A DNA stretch of 64,000 nucleotides from Escherichia coli (GCF_024298765.1 NZ_CP101210.1), one strand, 5' to 3'; numbered from the stretch's first letter, positions 45,267 through 56,728 are shown. Notes: generated by a model not told the origin, from the letters alone. Numbers and translations: made by a program.

Positions 45267-47369
45267 CTAATTTGTAATTCTAAAAATCCGATCAACTGTT
45301 CTTAAAGTTGTCTCTCTATGTGCAATAATCACCCGGGTGATATTCATCTTTTTTATAGCAGCATTCACGAAACGTTCACTTTCTGTATCAAGAGAACTTG
45401 TAGCCTCATCCATAAATAATATTCCAGGTTTCCGGTATAAAGCTCGGGCAATGAATATACGCTGTTTTTGACCGCCGGAAAGACCTTCCCCCAGTTCACC
45501 TATTAACGTTTCATACCCCATTGGCATTTTCATTATCACATCATGAATATGACTTGCTCTGGCACATTCTGTCATCCATTCGTCGTCTGTTTCTTCTGCA
45601 AACCCACAGATATTTTCACGAATTGATCCTGAAAATAGCCGGTCGTCCTGCATAACACAGGCTATCATACGGTGATAATTATTTATTCCAAGTTGACGTA
45701 TATCCGTGCCATTAACCAGTACTTTTCCACTATCTGGTTCAAACAGTCCACATAATACTTTCATTAATGTGGTTTTTCCGGCACCGGAGGCACCAGTTAT
45801 AGCCACACTTTCTCCCGGAGCCACAGACAAATTCAGACCACTGAATACCTGTGCTGACTGGCTGTCATACCGGTAGCTTAAATCAGTGGTTTCCAGTGAA
45901 ACCGGGCTCATGTCAGCAACGATTTCAATTTCCGGTTTCTTTTCTTCCTTTTCATGTAGTGCAATATCTGCAATGCGCTCATTATGCAGACTCATTATTC
46001 TCAGTTGAAGAAGAAAACTGGTCAGCGAAGCAACCCGATCCGAAAACTGCCCACGAAAAGAACCAAATGCCACAAACATCCCTATTGTCATCTGATTATC
46101 GATCACAAGGCTTGCACCCAGCCATAAAATCGCCACCTGATCACAGGCGGCAACAAAAGTATTTATCCCCCCGAAGAGCAAATCCATCCTGGTTAACTTA
46201 ATACCTGAATTGATCGCATCTATTTTCAGGTTAAGCCAGTGTGTTCCCCGAATCCCAGCCATACCCTGGATTTTTACCGTGGCAATACCATACAGGCTTT
46301 CCATAAAATAGGAGCTGGCCCGGGCCCCCCTGACAAGAGTTTCTTCCGATATTTGCCGGTAATAGCCGTATGTCACCAGACGAATAAGAACGTAAACCAT
46401 GGTAAAACCGAGCACTATCCAGGTAAGATATCCTCCATATAACAGCATCATCACAAAAACACCCACAACCATAATACTGTCCATGATTGCCCCAACAACA
46501 CAGGTGGTAAAGGTGGCCCTCAAAGTGTCAAGGGAGCCAAAACGCGACTGGATATCACCTAATTTACGGCGTTCAAAAAACGCCAGCGGCAGTCTGAGAA
46601 GATGGTTAAACAGACCCGACTGCCACTGTATATTGATGAGCGTGCTCATAACCAGTGAGGACCATGCACGCAGCATACTCACCGCGGCCCTGAGCAATAT
46701 AAAGAACATCAGGCCAGCAGAAATAAGCGTCAGCAGCCCTCTGTCCCCCGCCGGAATCGCATGATCCATAACCAGCTGAGTTCCCACCGGCATTACCAGA
46801 TTGATTGCTTCAATTACAACTGACAGACAGAAAATTTTCGCCAGTGTTCTTTTAATACCGTAAATACTGTTAATCAGTGAACGGAGACTTATGCGGGTCT
46901 GCTGGGTTTCCGCCAGGAATTCACTTCCGGGCCAGACCTCAAGTGCAATGCCCGTAAAATACCGGCTCATTTCCTCCCGACCGAGATATCTTCTGCCTCT
47001 GGCCGGATCATGCAGTACATAACGGTTACGCTTTACGCTGACCAGCACGACGAAGTGACTGAAATCCCAGTGGAGAATACACGGCATTTTGAGGGCACCA
47101 AGTTCATCCAGCTCCAGTGAAAGAGCCCGGGTGACCATCCCCAGCTGCTCCGCTATTCCATTGATTCCTGCAAGGTTTGCTCCACGGGCCGAGAGATTAA
47201 ACTTCCGGCGAAGAGATATCAGGTCAATATTCTTACCAAAATGACCGCATATCATTGCCAGGCAGGCCAGTCCACATTCAGCGGTCTCCGTCTGATGAAT
47301 AACCGGAACACGACGTCGCCAGCGCATATCAAGCTGATTTATAATTTGTCTGAAATTCCCGTTAGTCAT
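45267..47369 (-). CDS. mchF: microcin export ABC transporter with N-terminal C39 peptidase domain (CvaB/MchF family)
   Basis: ORF track 45267..47387; near-identical over long stretches to remembered CvaB ([32 protein letters not shown]...); Walker [10 protein letters not shown], signature LSGGQKQR. Confidence 0.9.
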   Translation of the reverse strand: MTNGNFRQIINQLDMRWRRRVPVIHQTETAECGLACLAMICGHFGKNIDLISLRRKFNLSARGANLAGINGIAEQLGMVTRALSLELDELGALKMPCILHWDFSHFVVLVSVKRNRYVLHDPARGRRYLGREEMSRYFTGIALEVWPGSEFLAETQQTRISLRSLINSIYGIKRTLAKIFCLSVVIEAINLVMPVGTQLVMDHAIPAGDRGLLTLISAGLMFFILLRAAVSMLRAWSSLVMSTLINIQWQSGLFNHLLRLPLAFFERRKLGDIQSRFGSLDTLRATFTTCVVGAIMDSIMVVGVFVMMLLYGGYLTWIVLGFTMVYVLIRLVTYGYYRQISEETLVRGARASSYFMESLYGIATVKIQGMAGIRGTHWLNLKIDAINSGIKLTRMDLLFGGINTFVAACDQVAILWLGASLVIDNQMTIGMFVAFGSFRGQFSDRVASLTSFLLQLRIMSLHNERIADIALHEKEEKKPEIEIVADMSPVSLETTDLSYRYDSQSAQVFSGLNLSVAPGESVAITGASGAGKTTLMKVLCGLFEPDSGKVLVNGTDIRQLGINNYHRMIACVMQDDRLFSGSIRENICGFAEETDDEWMTECARASHIHDVIMKMPMGYETLIGELGEGLSGGQKQRIFIARALYRKPGILFMDEATSSLDTESERFVNAAIKKMNITRVIIAHRETTLRTVDRIFRITN

Positions 47370-48636
47370 TGAGCGGTCCTGTTGCACTGTGTTTCATGTC
47401 ATAGAAAGGAGAAAGCATCCACTGGTAAATACGCCTTTTTTCCAGAAATAGTGTACTTTCGGCTTTCATTCCATTTTCCAGAGGGAGGTATTTTTCGTCA
47501 TATCTGATAATCTGCTTTTCAGGCATCGCAATGACTTTATACCAGGGAACAGAGTCGCCCGGCGTATTCTGTGGTGCTCCCTTATAGGTCAACATTTCCT
47601 GTGTTGACGCAGGAGTCCTGGATATAGTTTTAACCGTAGCAGAGAACTGCCCAAATTTTTCTGCCGGAAAGGCTTCATAACGAATATTCACTTTGTCACC
47701 AGCCGAAATATAAGGAACAGCATCATTCGGGACCCAGAGAATAAGATAATAGTTTTCAATGTTCTCAGGAATAACCTGCAGAAGGCTGTCTCCGGTATTG
47801 ACCATTTGCCCGACAGTGACACTCAAGGAGTCAACTTTCCCGTCAGTCAACGCCCGGATAATGATTTCGCCCTCCACATCAGTGTTAACCAGTTCTTTCT
47901 GTAACTCATACCGTTGCAGTTCCATCTGGTAGATACGGTTATCAAAATCTGCAGCCTGAGTCTGAATCTGACTCTCCAGAGTGGTTATCTGCAGGGCATT
48001 CTGTTCGTTCTGTCCGCTCAGGCTGAGAAGATTGTTTTGTTGCTGATAATATAATGCCACCTGGTTAGTTAACTGATCTTTATTAATCAGCCCTTTTGCC
48101 TGATAGTTTCTGTAATTCTCCATATTGTTTTTCATTATTTTTATCCCTTCCTCTGCACGCTGTATAATATCTGATGAGCGACGAAACGCATCTGTGTATT
48201 GCAGGCGTTGTTTTTCCAGGGTATCTAGCGTTATTTTTTTACTTTCTTCCAGACGGGAAATAATGTTGTCCACACGAACCAACTGGTTTTCTATATCCCG
48301 ACGATGATTATCAGTGACAATACCACTACGTGTACTTTTACTGATGTCAATCAGATAAACAGGATCCCCTTTTTTTATCAACTGTCCTTCATGAACAAAC
48401 TGCCTGACAACAAATCCCTGTACACCTGAATATATATTGACAGCTCTTGGCCAGGTTGTGACCTCACCACTGACATTAACACGGCGGCTATAGGTACCAA
48501 CAATAATGAACATCAGAAATGCCGTAATAAACACTATGCTTCCCAGCATGATTAACCATAGTGGTATTCCGGGAAGTAATATTGCCCGTCCCTGCCACTT
48601 CATTTTTCTGTTTTCTAAAGCATCCTGACGAAACAA
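47362..48636 (-). CDS. mchE: microcin secretion membrane-fusion protein (CvaA/MchE, HlyD family)
   Basis: 424-aa ORF; N-terminal TM anchor, coiled-coil region; matches remembered CvaA. Confidence 0.9.
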   Translation of the reverse strand: MFRQDALENRKMKWQGRAILLPGIPLWLIMLGSIVFITAFLMFIIVGTYSRRVNVSGEVTTWPRAVNIYSGVQGFVVRQFVHEGQLIKKGDPVYLIDISKSTRSGIVTDNHRRDIENQLVRVDNIISRLEESKKITLDTLEKQRLQYTDAFRRSSDIIQRAEEGIKIMKNNMENYRNYQAKGLINKDQLTNQVALYYQQQNNLLSLSGQNEQNALQITTLESQIQTQAADFDNRIYQMELQRYELQKELVNTDVEGEIIIRALTDGKVDSLSVTVGQMVNTGDSLLQVIPENIENYYLILWVPNDAVPYISAGDKVNIRYEAFPAEKFGQFSATVKTISRTPASTQEMLTYKGAPQNTPGDSVPWYKVIAMPEKQIIRYDEKYLPLENGMKAESTLFLEKRRIYQWMLSPFYDMKHSATGPLND

Positions 48637-48788
48637 AATAGCTCCTCTTACTCACACTTTTCCTGTAATACCTTCACTGGTTAACCGAAATGCTATAATC
48701 AAAGCCAGAAAATATAGAGTCCTGTTAAAATAGTATCAGCGATGCATTTACCCCGTAATTTACAATTATCTCTGTATCTTCAGAGGTA

Positions 48789-49241
48789 CTACGTTTTATG
48801 CAGCCGCTCAGGGATGTATGTCACAATTTTCTTTCGCCTGCTTAACCATCGTACTTCTCCTTCTCCCCATGGCTGAAGCTGTATGAGATAGTCAATAACT
48901 TTTCGACCAAAGCCTGGTTTACAACAGAAATCCAGAATCCAAATCCTTCCATCTTCATTCCATTCAGACGGATGCAACCTGAATTCTGGATCCCTGAGCA
49001 GGCGCGCTTCTGTATCAGCCTCAAGATATGCCCAGGTAATATACGCCAGTGGAAAACCTCGTGAATCAAACAGGAATTTAATCTGATTATGCTGTATCGC
49101 ATATTCAGTCCAGTATTGAATGGTTAACACCGGATACAGACTGTAATTACGATTGTAGAGCATACAACTGACCGCAAAACCGATCTGTTCATAAACAGTC
49201 CATTCATCTTTTCCTCTGATGTTTTCCCTTATATAAGACAT
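48789..49241 (-). CDS. mchD: microcin maturation accessory protein (MchD/MceI-like)
   Basis: 150-aa ORF between mchE and mchC; assignment by synteny with the H47/E492 systems as remembered. Confidence 0.55.
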   Translation of the reverse strand: MSYIRENIRGKDEWTVYEQIGFAVSCMLYNRNYSLYPVLTIQYWTEYAIQHNQIKFLFDSRGFPLAYITWAYLEADTEARLLRDPEFRLHPSEWNEDGRIWILDFCCKPGFGRKVIDYLIQLQPWGEGEVRWLSRRKKIVTYIPERLHKT

Positions 49242-49266
49242 GATTACTATTTCCCTTATATATTTT

Positions 49267-50817
49267 TTACACTGTGTTTCTTATCGGTTCAAGATATCCA
49301 AATGCATCTCTGGAAAACTTAAGCATAAAATTTTTCATATCAGAAATTGCTTCTTGTAAAAAAAGGGGATCATCGCCATGATTATCCAGCAGGATGGCAA
49401 TTTTTTCGCACATATTCTCTTTCCTCAGCTCTTCCCTGGGTTGCAGCCTTTTCATGGTATGATGTTCAATTTCTTTCAGGAGTAATGAGGCATTTATCTG
49501 ACGTCTGGTACTGCCTTGCGTCAGCCAGTGGATGGCCTGGGAAAAACACTGTTGTGCAACGGTGAAATAAACATCATTCTTGATGCTACTATTCAGTGCC
49601 TGCTTTTGATTATGCCTATGATGGATTAGCGTCACAACCAACTTTTGCAATGGTGAACCATCCTGATTGACAATATCTTGGGCATGTGATTTCTCGCAGT
49701 ATTGATTGAGTAATGCAACAAAACTGTTAACCAGTTCTTTCAATATATCAGGTATCTCTTTTTGTGTTATAAATTCTCCAGGAATACCCAACAGTTCTAG
49801 ATAACAGTAATAACATGCTTCATGAAAAGTTTTCTGAAATATCTCCTCAACCTTCAAACGGGCTGCAAGAGTGAAGTCAGGGTCAAACATATATTTTCCG
49901 ATATACAAGCAGAGATCAGACAGCCCTTGCATAAGTACCATCGGTTCTTTTGCCAGTTCAGCTAATCTTAGTTTATACCCAAAATCAGCTGGGGAATCTC
50001 CCGGAAACAGACAACTGAGTCCGCTAAAATCCATTAATCTGCCATCCATTGCAATATTAGAAGGAGAAGTTGTCAATCTCAGGAAACGTGTTCGACAAAA
50101 TGCCATTTGCCAGGCCTCACGACGTGCCAGTTCACATAACCCCTCAATGCAATAAATCCGGGGATCAGTTCGTGCTTCAGCATCAATTTCTTCCGGTGGT
50201 ACAGGTAGATATCCTGGCAGCTTGTGGATCACAGATCTAACCCGACAGGCATCGTGAATTAACAGACTGGAATACTCCGGTTTTACTTGGAAGTAAGGTG
50301 CCCGTTCAAAATGCGCCGGACGAACAACAGGCTCACGTACCAACAGGGCTCTTCGTGATTTCCTACCGGAGCGCTCAAATGCCTTTTCAGTATAGAGATC
50401 TGTAAGTAAAACCGCCCGAACCCGCACAGCACTATAAGGTAATATTTGAGCCAGTACTTCTCCCCACAAAGCCTCATATATTGCATGAACAGCGCCGAGT
50501 GCACCATTAGAATGACGTTCGTCAGTACCTTCGCCAACCAACGGATTACTTCCTATTCCTTTAACCTGGTAGTTACCATCAAACCCACAACGTGCACCAC
50601 CTCCATTACGCTGAATACCACTGCCACCATAGCGCTCTGCATGGAACACTTTGGCAGAAGCTGTACTGCCAGGATCGATAATATAACTGCAGGCATTTTG
50701 CAGCTCGTCTGGATTTCTGACATCCTCTGCACACCAGATTAATGAGGCCTTGATCTGCCTGGCAGTGAAAGGCACCAGGTTTTCATTCAGTTCAGAAAGT
50801 GAACACTGATGACTCAT
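49267..50817 (-). CDS. mchC: microcin maturation protein (MchC/MceJ-like)
   Basis: 516-aa ORF immediately downstream of mchB; size and position match remembered MchC. Confidence 0.6.
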   Translation of the reverse strand: MSHQCSLSELNENLVPFTARQIKASLIWCAEDVRNPDELQNACSYIIDPGSTASAKVFHAERYGGSGIQRNGGGARCGFDGNYQVKGIGSNPLVGEGTDERHSNGALGAVHAIYEALWGEVLAQILPYSAVRVRAVLLTDLYTEKAFERSGRKSRRALLVREPVVRPAHFERAPYFQVKPEYSSLLIHDACRVRSVIHKLPGYLPVPPEEIDAEARTDPRIYCIEGLCELARREAWQMAFCRTRFLRLTTSPSNIAMDGRLMDFSGLSCLFPGDSPADFGYKLRLAELAKEPMVLMQGLSDLCLYIGKYMFDPDFTLAARLKVEEIFQKTFHEACYYCYLELLGIPGEFITQKEIPDILKELVNSFVALLNQYCEKSHAQDIVNQDGSPLQKLVVTLIHHRHNQKQALNSSIKNDVYFTVAQQCFSQAIHWLTQGSTRRQINASLLLKEIEHHTMKRLQPREELRKENMCEKIAILLDNHGDDPLFLQEAISDMKNFMLKFSRDAFGYLEPIRNTV

Positions 50818-51088
50818 CTGGCAGTATTCTCCGTTTCAATTTTCATAAAAGAGTGTTCATAAAAGAGCAAGTAAGTGTCCTGACAGCTTCTTCCTTATTA
50901 CAGTAAAACTCTATTAATTACACATAAATTAAAAAATTATTTATCAACGACTGTAAATCATATCTTCATCAGTAAAGTGTTGAACATAAAAACACACTTA
51001 TAAATGGATCTTCTATCTGTTTTAAACAAAAAGGATATATTTTACAGGTACTACCGAAAAAGTGCCTGTAAAATAAATAAAAATATAA

Positions 51089-51316
51089 TTAGCTACCGCC
51101 ACCAGCAGAAGAACTGGCACTACCACTTCCCACGGTCGAGCCAATTGCTGTTGTCAAACCGGCAGATACGGCTCCAACTACAACCCCAAGTGGACCACCA
51201 GGTATTCCGGCGAGAGCTCCAACAATAGCTGCAGCACCTGCAGCATTAGCTGAAGTCGCTGGCGCACCTCCCGCCCCGGAAATATATCTTAACTGTGATT
51301 CTGTTATTTCTGGCAT
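51089..51316 (-). CDS. mchB: microcin H47 precursor
   Basis: 75-aa ORF M(P)EITESQLRYISGA-GGAPATSANAAGAAAIVGALAGIPGGPLGVVVGAVSAGLTTAIGSTVGSGSASSSAGGGS; core matches remembered MccH47 sequence. Confidence 0.9.
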   Translation of the reverse strand: MPEITESQLRYISGAGGAPATSANAAGAAAIVGALAGIPGGPLGVVVGAVSAGLTTAIGSTVGSGSASSSAGGGS

Positions 51317-51343
51317 ATAAACTGCATATAAACTCCATCATAT

Positions 51344-51553
51344 TTAACTTCCGTTTTTCCAGTCTGACCAGACCAGAATCCTTCGAATCCCATGAATCAG
51401 CTCAATAAAACCAAGAAATATTATAAAGCTTAGAAAAACGTCAACATAAGAATTCCCTTCGCCAACAATCCGAAGGGATGAAAGTGAAACCAATAAGATA
51501 GTAATAGGTAAACTGAATATAGCCGTCAATTGGGACAGTTTTTTATAACTCAT
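51344..51553 (-). CDS. mchI: microcin H47 immunity protein
   Basis: 69-aa hydrophobic ORF immediately upstream of mchB on same strand; size matches MchI. Confidence 0.75.
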   Translation of the reverse strand: MSYKKLSQLTAIFSLPITILLVSLSSLRIVGEGNSYVDVFLSFIIFLGFIELIHGIRRILVWSDWKNGS

Positions 51554-51964
51554 TAATCCCTACCTGTTGCTTTATTTTCATTATGAAAAGTTACCAAATC
51601 TTAGCACCTCAGTCAGGAGAGTCAGGTCATCGATAAAGAATATTCCAGTAGAGTGGCGCTCATGATCAAAGATAACAGCAAAGTTGATGACAGTGCTGAC
51701 CGACTGTCATTTACAGAAACCCTGTTTGTAGCAAATTCCATCTTACCTGACCTCACCCAGACAAAGACAAAAGAGAATGATTGTTATTTACTTTTCAAAA
51801 AAAGTGTCATATTGTCCATATAAAGTCAAGAGGTATTTTACGTTATGTCACTGATGCAATTGTTAGTCAGGATCTCATGGTTGTCGCTCATGTATAACCT
51901 GAGACTTGAACGCACACTAATAGCGCTGACGGTCATACATCGGGAAATGTGAGGAGGCATAAGA

Positions 51965-52210
51965 ATGAATTGTGATAATAATCACAGAAATGAAGAATTC
52001 ATTGTTACCTTTGATAAAGGCAACAAGCAAGACAATTCAAGACGAAAACACGATAATTTTCCTATAGAGGTAGAATCCTCCGTAGAGCAGGAGACACACT
52101 GTATCACAAATAATAAGTCAGCTTCCGGTATAGTAACACATGACTATGATGCCGATTATATTTGTGGTTGTGGTGAAATTATGTGTCCTGGTTGCGGTCA
52201 TGACCTATAA
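51965..52210 (+). CDS. small Cys-rich hypothetical protein
   Basis: 81-aa ORF with C-terminal CGCGEIMCPGCGH cluster; no family assignable; coding status uncertain. Confidence 0.3.
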   Translation: MNCDNNHRNEEFIVTFDKGNKQDNSRRKHDNFPIEVESSVEQETHCITNNKSASGIVTHDYDADYICGCGEIMCPGCGHDL

Positions 52211-52365
52211 CAAACATTTTTGCAAACTGATACCTGATCAGGTACAAGCCTGTTGATTATTATGCTGAATATTTCATGTTATAAAACCATCGATATAAAC
52301 ATTAACAAGAAAAAACATATATTGTTTATCTGAACATTTATCGATGGAAAACCAAAGGGGAAAGT

Positions 52366-52800
52366 ATGTATCTTACGAAAAAGATTATAATAAGTATGAT
52401 GTTTATATTACCATCTGCTGCATTTTCATCAGATCCACCTCCCCTTCAACAATCGTTAGAAAAAACAACCTATTTTTCTATAGGTATGAATGGGTTTATA
52501 GGCTATCAGAGCGAAGGGGAAAAATTATACACACACATTCTTACATTAGATAATCCCGAAGAGATATTTAAAAATATAATAGAAAATAGAAAGTCAACTA
52601 AGGAGTCTAAAATTTATGCTGCTTGTGGGCTATATTATTTAAACGTAGAAAATATAGAGTCATTGTTTAATGAAAATGATAAACAAGAATATATGTCTGT
52701 CTTAAGAGGGGATATTTTAACAAAAATAAAACTGAATGATATTCTGAATTCTGTGATAATAAATGGTTGCAACACCAAATTAATATCTGAACATAAATGA
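52366..52800 (+). CDS. secreted small protein adjacent to microcin-like precursor (possible immunity/accessory protein)
   Basis: 144-aa ORF with Sec signal peptide (MYLTKKIIISMMFILPSAAFS); ends 16 nt before the precursor gene. Confidence 0.45.
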   Translation: MYLTKKIIISMMFILPSAAFSSDPPPLQQSLEKTTYFSIGMNGFIGYQSEGEKLYTHILTLDNPEEIFKNIIENRKSTKESKIYAACGLYYLNVENIESLFNENDKQEYMSVLRGDILTKIKLNDILNSVIINGCNTKLISEHK

Positions 52801-52816
52801 GCAGGAGGTTTTTAAA

Positions 52817-53053
52817 ATGAGAGAAATATCAGATCACATGCTTGATTTCGTGAAAGGAGGGATGAATCTTAATGGATTACCTAGTTCTACTAATGTAATA
52901 GATCTACGAGGAAAAGATATGGGAACATATATTGATGCTAATGGAACATGCTGGGCTCCGGGTACTCCATCCATCATCATGTATCCGGGGGGAAGTGGAC
53001 CTTCTTATAGTATGAGTAGTTCCACATCCAGCGTAAACAGCGGCACATCATAA
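52817..53053 (+). CDS. double-glycine-leader class IIb microcin-like precursor (possibly MccI47-type; identity not confirmed)
   Basis: 78-aa ORF; leader MREISDHMLDFVKGG; Ser-rich C-terminus SMSSSTSSVNSGTS; located next to IroD/IroB homologues. Confidence 0.6.
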   Translation: MREISDHMLDFVKGGMNLNGLPSSTNVIDLRGKDMGTYIDANGTCWAPGTPSIIMYPGGSGPSYSMSSSTSSVNSGTS

Positions 53054-53337
53054 ATACCCTCCGGCATGGCCGGAGGGTATTTATGATGTGCCTGTAAGAC
53101 TCTACTTCTGTCGTCTCTTTACAAAGGCATATGATCTGTCATTTTGTACCAGACATCTTAACGAGAGCCTTTTCATATATTACTTACATACGTGAAATCT
53201 ACAGTATAAAGCAAAAATTTTATTAAACCTGTTTTATATTTATCATCAATACAACAGATTTAATTCCGGAAAGTCACTCATCATCCCTTGAATGAACGTC
53301 ATTTGATGTATTATTCTTACACTTGGATTAATTTAAG

Positions 53338-54612
53338 ATGATACCTATGAAAAACTATCTTTTCCAGACTCCCGAAGATATTTGTGTACAGTTAAAAAAA
53401 ATGACACATCCTGTCACAATAAGAACAACAGATATTGCTAATTTCTGGCACTATCTTGAGTCAGCAACACTTCCAGTGATCACAAAAAGCACCACTACAG
53501 AAAATCGGGAGGTTACATTTCTGTGGCGCTCAGAGAAAGCACTGCAAGGCGTATATCTTCGCCTGAATCGTGTTACAGATAAAAAAGACGTCAAAAAAGG
53601 ACTAATGACTCATATCCCTTCGACAGATATCTGGATGCTGACACTGGTGTTACCAGCTTCATATCGGGGCTCATACTCATTTATAGAAATTCCCACAGAT
53701 ATGACACAAAAAGACATATTTCAACTAGGAAGTCGCTTCTCTCCATTACCCGGTAAATCTGATCCATTTAACAAAACAGCAGAAATAAATATACGAGGAT
53801 TCGGAGAATCAGTCCTTTCTCTTGATATGGCTCCTGAACAAAAGGAATGGGATGATACTTCCCATAAATGTACAGGTATTCTTTCAATATTACATTCCTT
53901 TGTTGCAGGATATCAACGCCGGATTCGTTTATATTTCCCCCTGAATCCAACATCAGTACCTCTTGGATTACTTGTGTTACCTGATGCTGAAACATGGTTT
54001 GACCGGATAGATATTACCCGGGCATTAGATATGGCCATCACCACTGGTCGTATCACGCCAATGGCAATTATGGGGATAGACAATATTAATGAATCTGATC
54101 GTATGAATATACTGGGAGGCAATAAAGAACTCATCTTTGATATAGCGGAAAATCTGATACCCCAGTTATACAGAGACTATCCGGATATCGTATGGGCTGG
54201 TCGCTCTAATACTGTACTGGCCGGGCAGAGCCTCGGTGGAGTGACAGCACTGATGGCAGCTATATATGCGTCGACAACATTTGGTACAATCATTAGTCAC
54301 TCACCTTCAATGTGGTGGAACCCTGACCAGGGCAGCCCGATCTTGTTTACTGAGAATAATACCTCCTGGGTAAGTGAGCAGATACTTTCAGCGCCTCCGA
54401 AAGATGTAAATATCCGACTTGGAGTCGGTTCTTTAGAAGGTACAACCGTCTCACATGTTCAGCGATTGCATCATTCGTTAATCGCAGCTGGTTTGGAAAG
54501 TAACCTCACTGTCTATACCGGTGGTCACGATTATGCTTGGTGGCGCGGAGCAATTATTGATGAATTAGCAAATTATAATTGCAGGAAGGTATCAAATAAT
54601 AACTCTGTGTAA
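53338..54612 (+). CDS. enterobactin/salmochelin esterase homologue (IroD/Fes-like; MceD/McmK/MchS1-type)
   Basis: 424-aa ORF with serine-hydrolase motif GQSLGG. Confidence 0.7.
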   Translation: MIPMKNYLFQTPEDICVQLKKMTHPVTIRTTDIANFWHYLESATLPVITKSTTTENREVTFLWRSEKALQGVYLRLNRVTDKKDVKKGLMTHIPSTDIWMLTLVLPASYRGSYSFIEIPTDMTQKDIFQLGSRFSPLPGKSDPFNKTAEINIRGFGESVLSLDMAPEQKEWDDTSHKCTGILSILHSFVAGYQRRIRLYFPLNPTSVPLGLLVLPDAETWFDRIDITRALDMAITTGRITPMAIMGIDNINESDRMNILGGNKELIFDIAENLIPQLYRDYPDIVWAGRSNTVLAGQSLGGVTALMAAIYASTTFGTIISHSPSMWWNPDQGSPILFTENNTSWVSEQILSAPPKDVNIRLGVGSLEGTTVSHVQRLHHSLIAAGLESNLTVYTGGHDYAWWRGAIIDELANYNCRKVSNNNSV

Positions 54613-54753
54613 AATATCGTTTTATCGTCCGATAACTCTTTCTGCAATATTATTATGGGAGACTGTCTCATTTATTTAGTGATGTCCTTCATTTATGTGA
54701 TGAAGGACATTATATTACTCATAACATTTCTCGTTGAAAATTTCAGCAATACG

Positions 54754-55878
54754 CTACAATTGTTTCCCGTTGTTTTTTAATTTTCTCATCAAAACCTCTG
54801 CGATCTCTGCAGGAGTGGGTTGTTCAGCCATTTCAGCGGCTACCTGATCTGAACAGAAGCGTAGTGAATCATCATAAAGCAGGCGATTTACCAAATCACT
54901 GGTCAGTCCATGCTTGTCCGGAATAATCCCACACCCACGCTTCGCAACAATTTCTGCATTAACAGAGCGATCTGCACCTTCTCCAAACACAATCTGTGGT
55001 ATTCCACTATACAGCGCTGTCAGGGTATTACCTGCGCCACCGTGATGAATAAATCCATCAGCTCCATTAAGGAATACACCCATAGGTATCCAGTCAACCA
55101 GACGTACATTTGATGGTAGTTTTCGTAATCCAGTACGAGCATTTATTGCAAGTTGCAAAATGATATCAGCATCAACTTCATTTGCTGAATCCATAACCCA
55201 TGAAATCAGCTCCAGACCATCAACCATTGGTTTTACAGTGCCAAGGCTGATGAGTAAACGTTTCCGATCAGAATCCCTGTCCCACCATGTTTCCTTTACA
55301 GCACCTCCGTTATAAGGAATATATCGCATTGAGATAATCGGTTCTTCAGCATTTTTAAGAATGCTCATACTTGGGGGAGCAACATCAATCCATGCTAAAT
55401 CACATAGTGGACCGCTGACTCCATGCCGCCTGTAAGCATTGCTTAAAGAACGGTTTAACATCTGAATATGGGCAGATGTATGCGCGAATCCAACAGCCAG
55501 CATCACTGAAGAAATTCTATATTTAGCAGCAACCAATGGGCCTGCCGGACCAAGCGGGGGATAGACTATTAAATCTGGCCTCCATTTTCCTGCAAAATCG
55601 ATGAGGTTATCTGCCATTTCATCGCTAAAAAAAGAGAAATGACCAATAATATTACTTTTTTTCCTCAACTCTTCCTGATGACGATATCCAGCCTCTGAAT
55701 CTAAACTTGGAGCTGCATCAAAAACAACCAGTCCAGCTTCTGCTGCTTTATTCGCGAATTTGCCAGCGCTACTAATTACTACATCATGTCCGATTACACG
55801 AAAGGCCTGAGCCAGAGAAATCAATGGGTATAACAAACCGTACAGCGGAGGGCCAATAAAAAGAATACGTTTTCGCAT
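54754..55878 (-). CDS. IroB-like C-glycosyltransferase (MceC/McmL/MchA-type) for siderophore-microcin maturation
   Basis: 374-aa ORF; GT1-family architecture; C-terminal donor-binding region ...HHGGAGNTLTALYSGIPQIVF... Confidence 0.7.
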   Translation of the reverse strand: MRKRILFIGPPLYGLLYPLISLAQAFRVIGHDVVISSAGKFANKAAEAGLVVFDAAPSLDSEAGYRHQEELRKKSNIIGHFSFFSDEMADNLIDFAGKWRPDLIVYPPLGPAGPLVAAKYRISSVMLAVGFAHTSAHIQMLNRSLSNAYRRHGVSGPLCDLAWIDVAPPSMSILKNAEEPIISMRYIPYNGGAVKETWWDRDSDRKRLLISLGTVKPMVDGLELISWVMDSANEVDADIILQLAINARTGLRKLPSNVRLVDWIPMGVFLNGADGFIHHGGAGNTLTALYSGIPQIVFGEGADRSVNAEIVAKRGCGIIPDKHGLTSDLVNRLLYDDSLRFCSDQVAAEMAEQPTPAEIAEVLMRKLKNNGKQL

Positions 55879-56554
55879 TAAAAAAGTCCGTCTTCTGCTT
55901 ACCTGTTTATTTTTCTATCGCTAAGAAAACATAATTAATATTATTTTTATGTGAGCTTATGCACAAAAATAACAAAGTATCTTATCTTCTGGTAGAGATA
56001 CAGGATACAGTTTGTAGGAGCTTTCTTTTTTTGAACAATGATTTGCAGGACAGTTATGCCAACCTAGCAGAATCAGTATCACAACAATAAATGACAGATC
56101 ATACCTGAAATTTGAATTAACAGGCATCATGAATGTCAATAGTCTAAGCGGTTACTACTTACATCGCTTGCATAAATACTAAACACTGACTAGAAAAGTA
56201 TTGGATAACCCCGTCACTAAAAGTAACACTTCGGTTATTTGCTCGGAATGTATCAACGCCAAGATTGTTAGCCGTTACGCCTTATATCACTGGCGCTGAC
56301 AAATGTTTCTTTTCTAATTTACTGAACCGGCGCAGACTTACAGAAAAACACTCCGGCACCGGTGTAATGCCAGTTATAAACAATGTGAATGGAATGACGA
56401 ATCAGTCAGGAAAGAGCTACAATCTGCTGGCTGACCGGAGAGGGTCAGCAGGAAGATGAACGGTAATGTCGCCAGCACCAGGGGCAGGGCCGGGTTCCAC
56501 AATACCAGCGCCGGCATTTTGCACATTGCCAGCGTACCGGCATCACAACACGTT

Positions 56555-56728
56555 TCATGCAGCTGCTCCTCGTGATTCCTCAATTCGCTGCTGCATCCAC
56601 TGCTCCACTTCACTTTTGTACCAGCGGCTGCTGCGGCCCAGCTTGATGGGTTTCGGGAAATGGCCTTCACTGATCAGCTTGTAAAACCATTTATCTGTCA
56701 TACCGGTGAAACTGGTGATGTAGTTCAT
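56555..56728 (-). CDS. alpA: AlpA-family phage/island transcriptional regulator
   Basis: ORF track 56555..56791; internal start gives MNYITSFTGMTDKWFYKLISEGHFPKPIKLGRSSRWYKSEVEQWM, typical Phage_AlpA HTH. Confidence 0.75.
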   Translation of the reverse strand: MNYITSFTGMTDKWFYKLISEGHFPKPIKLGRSSRWYKSEVEQWMQQRIEESRGAAA

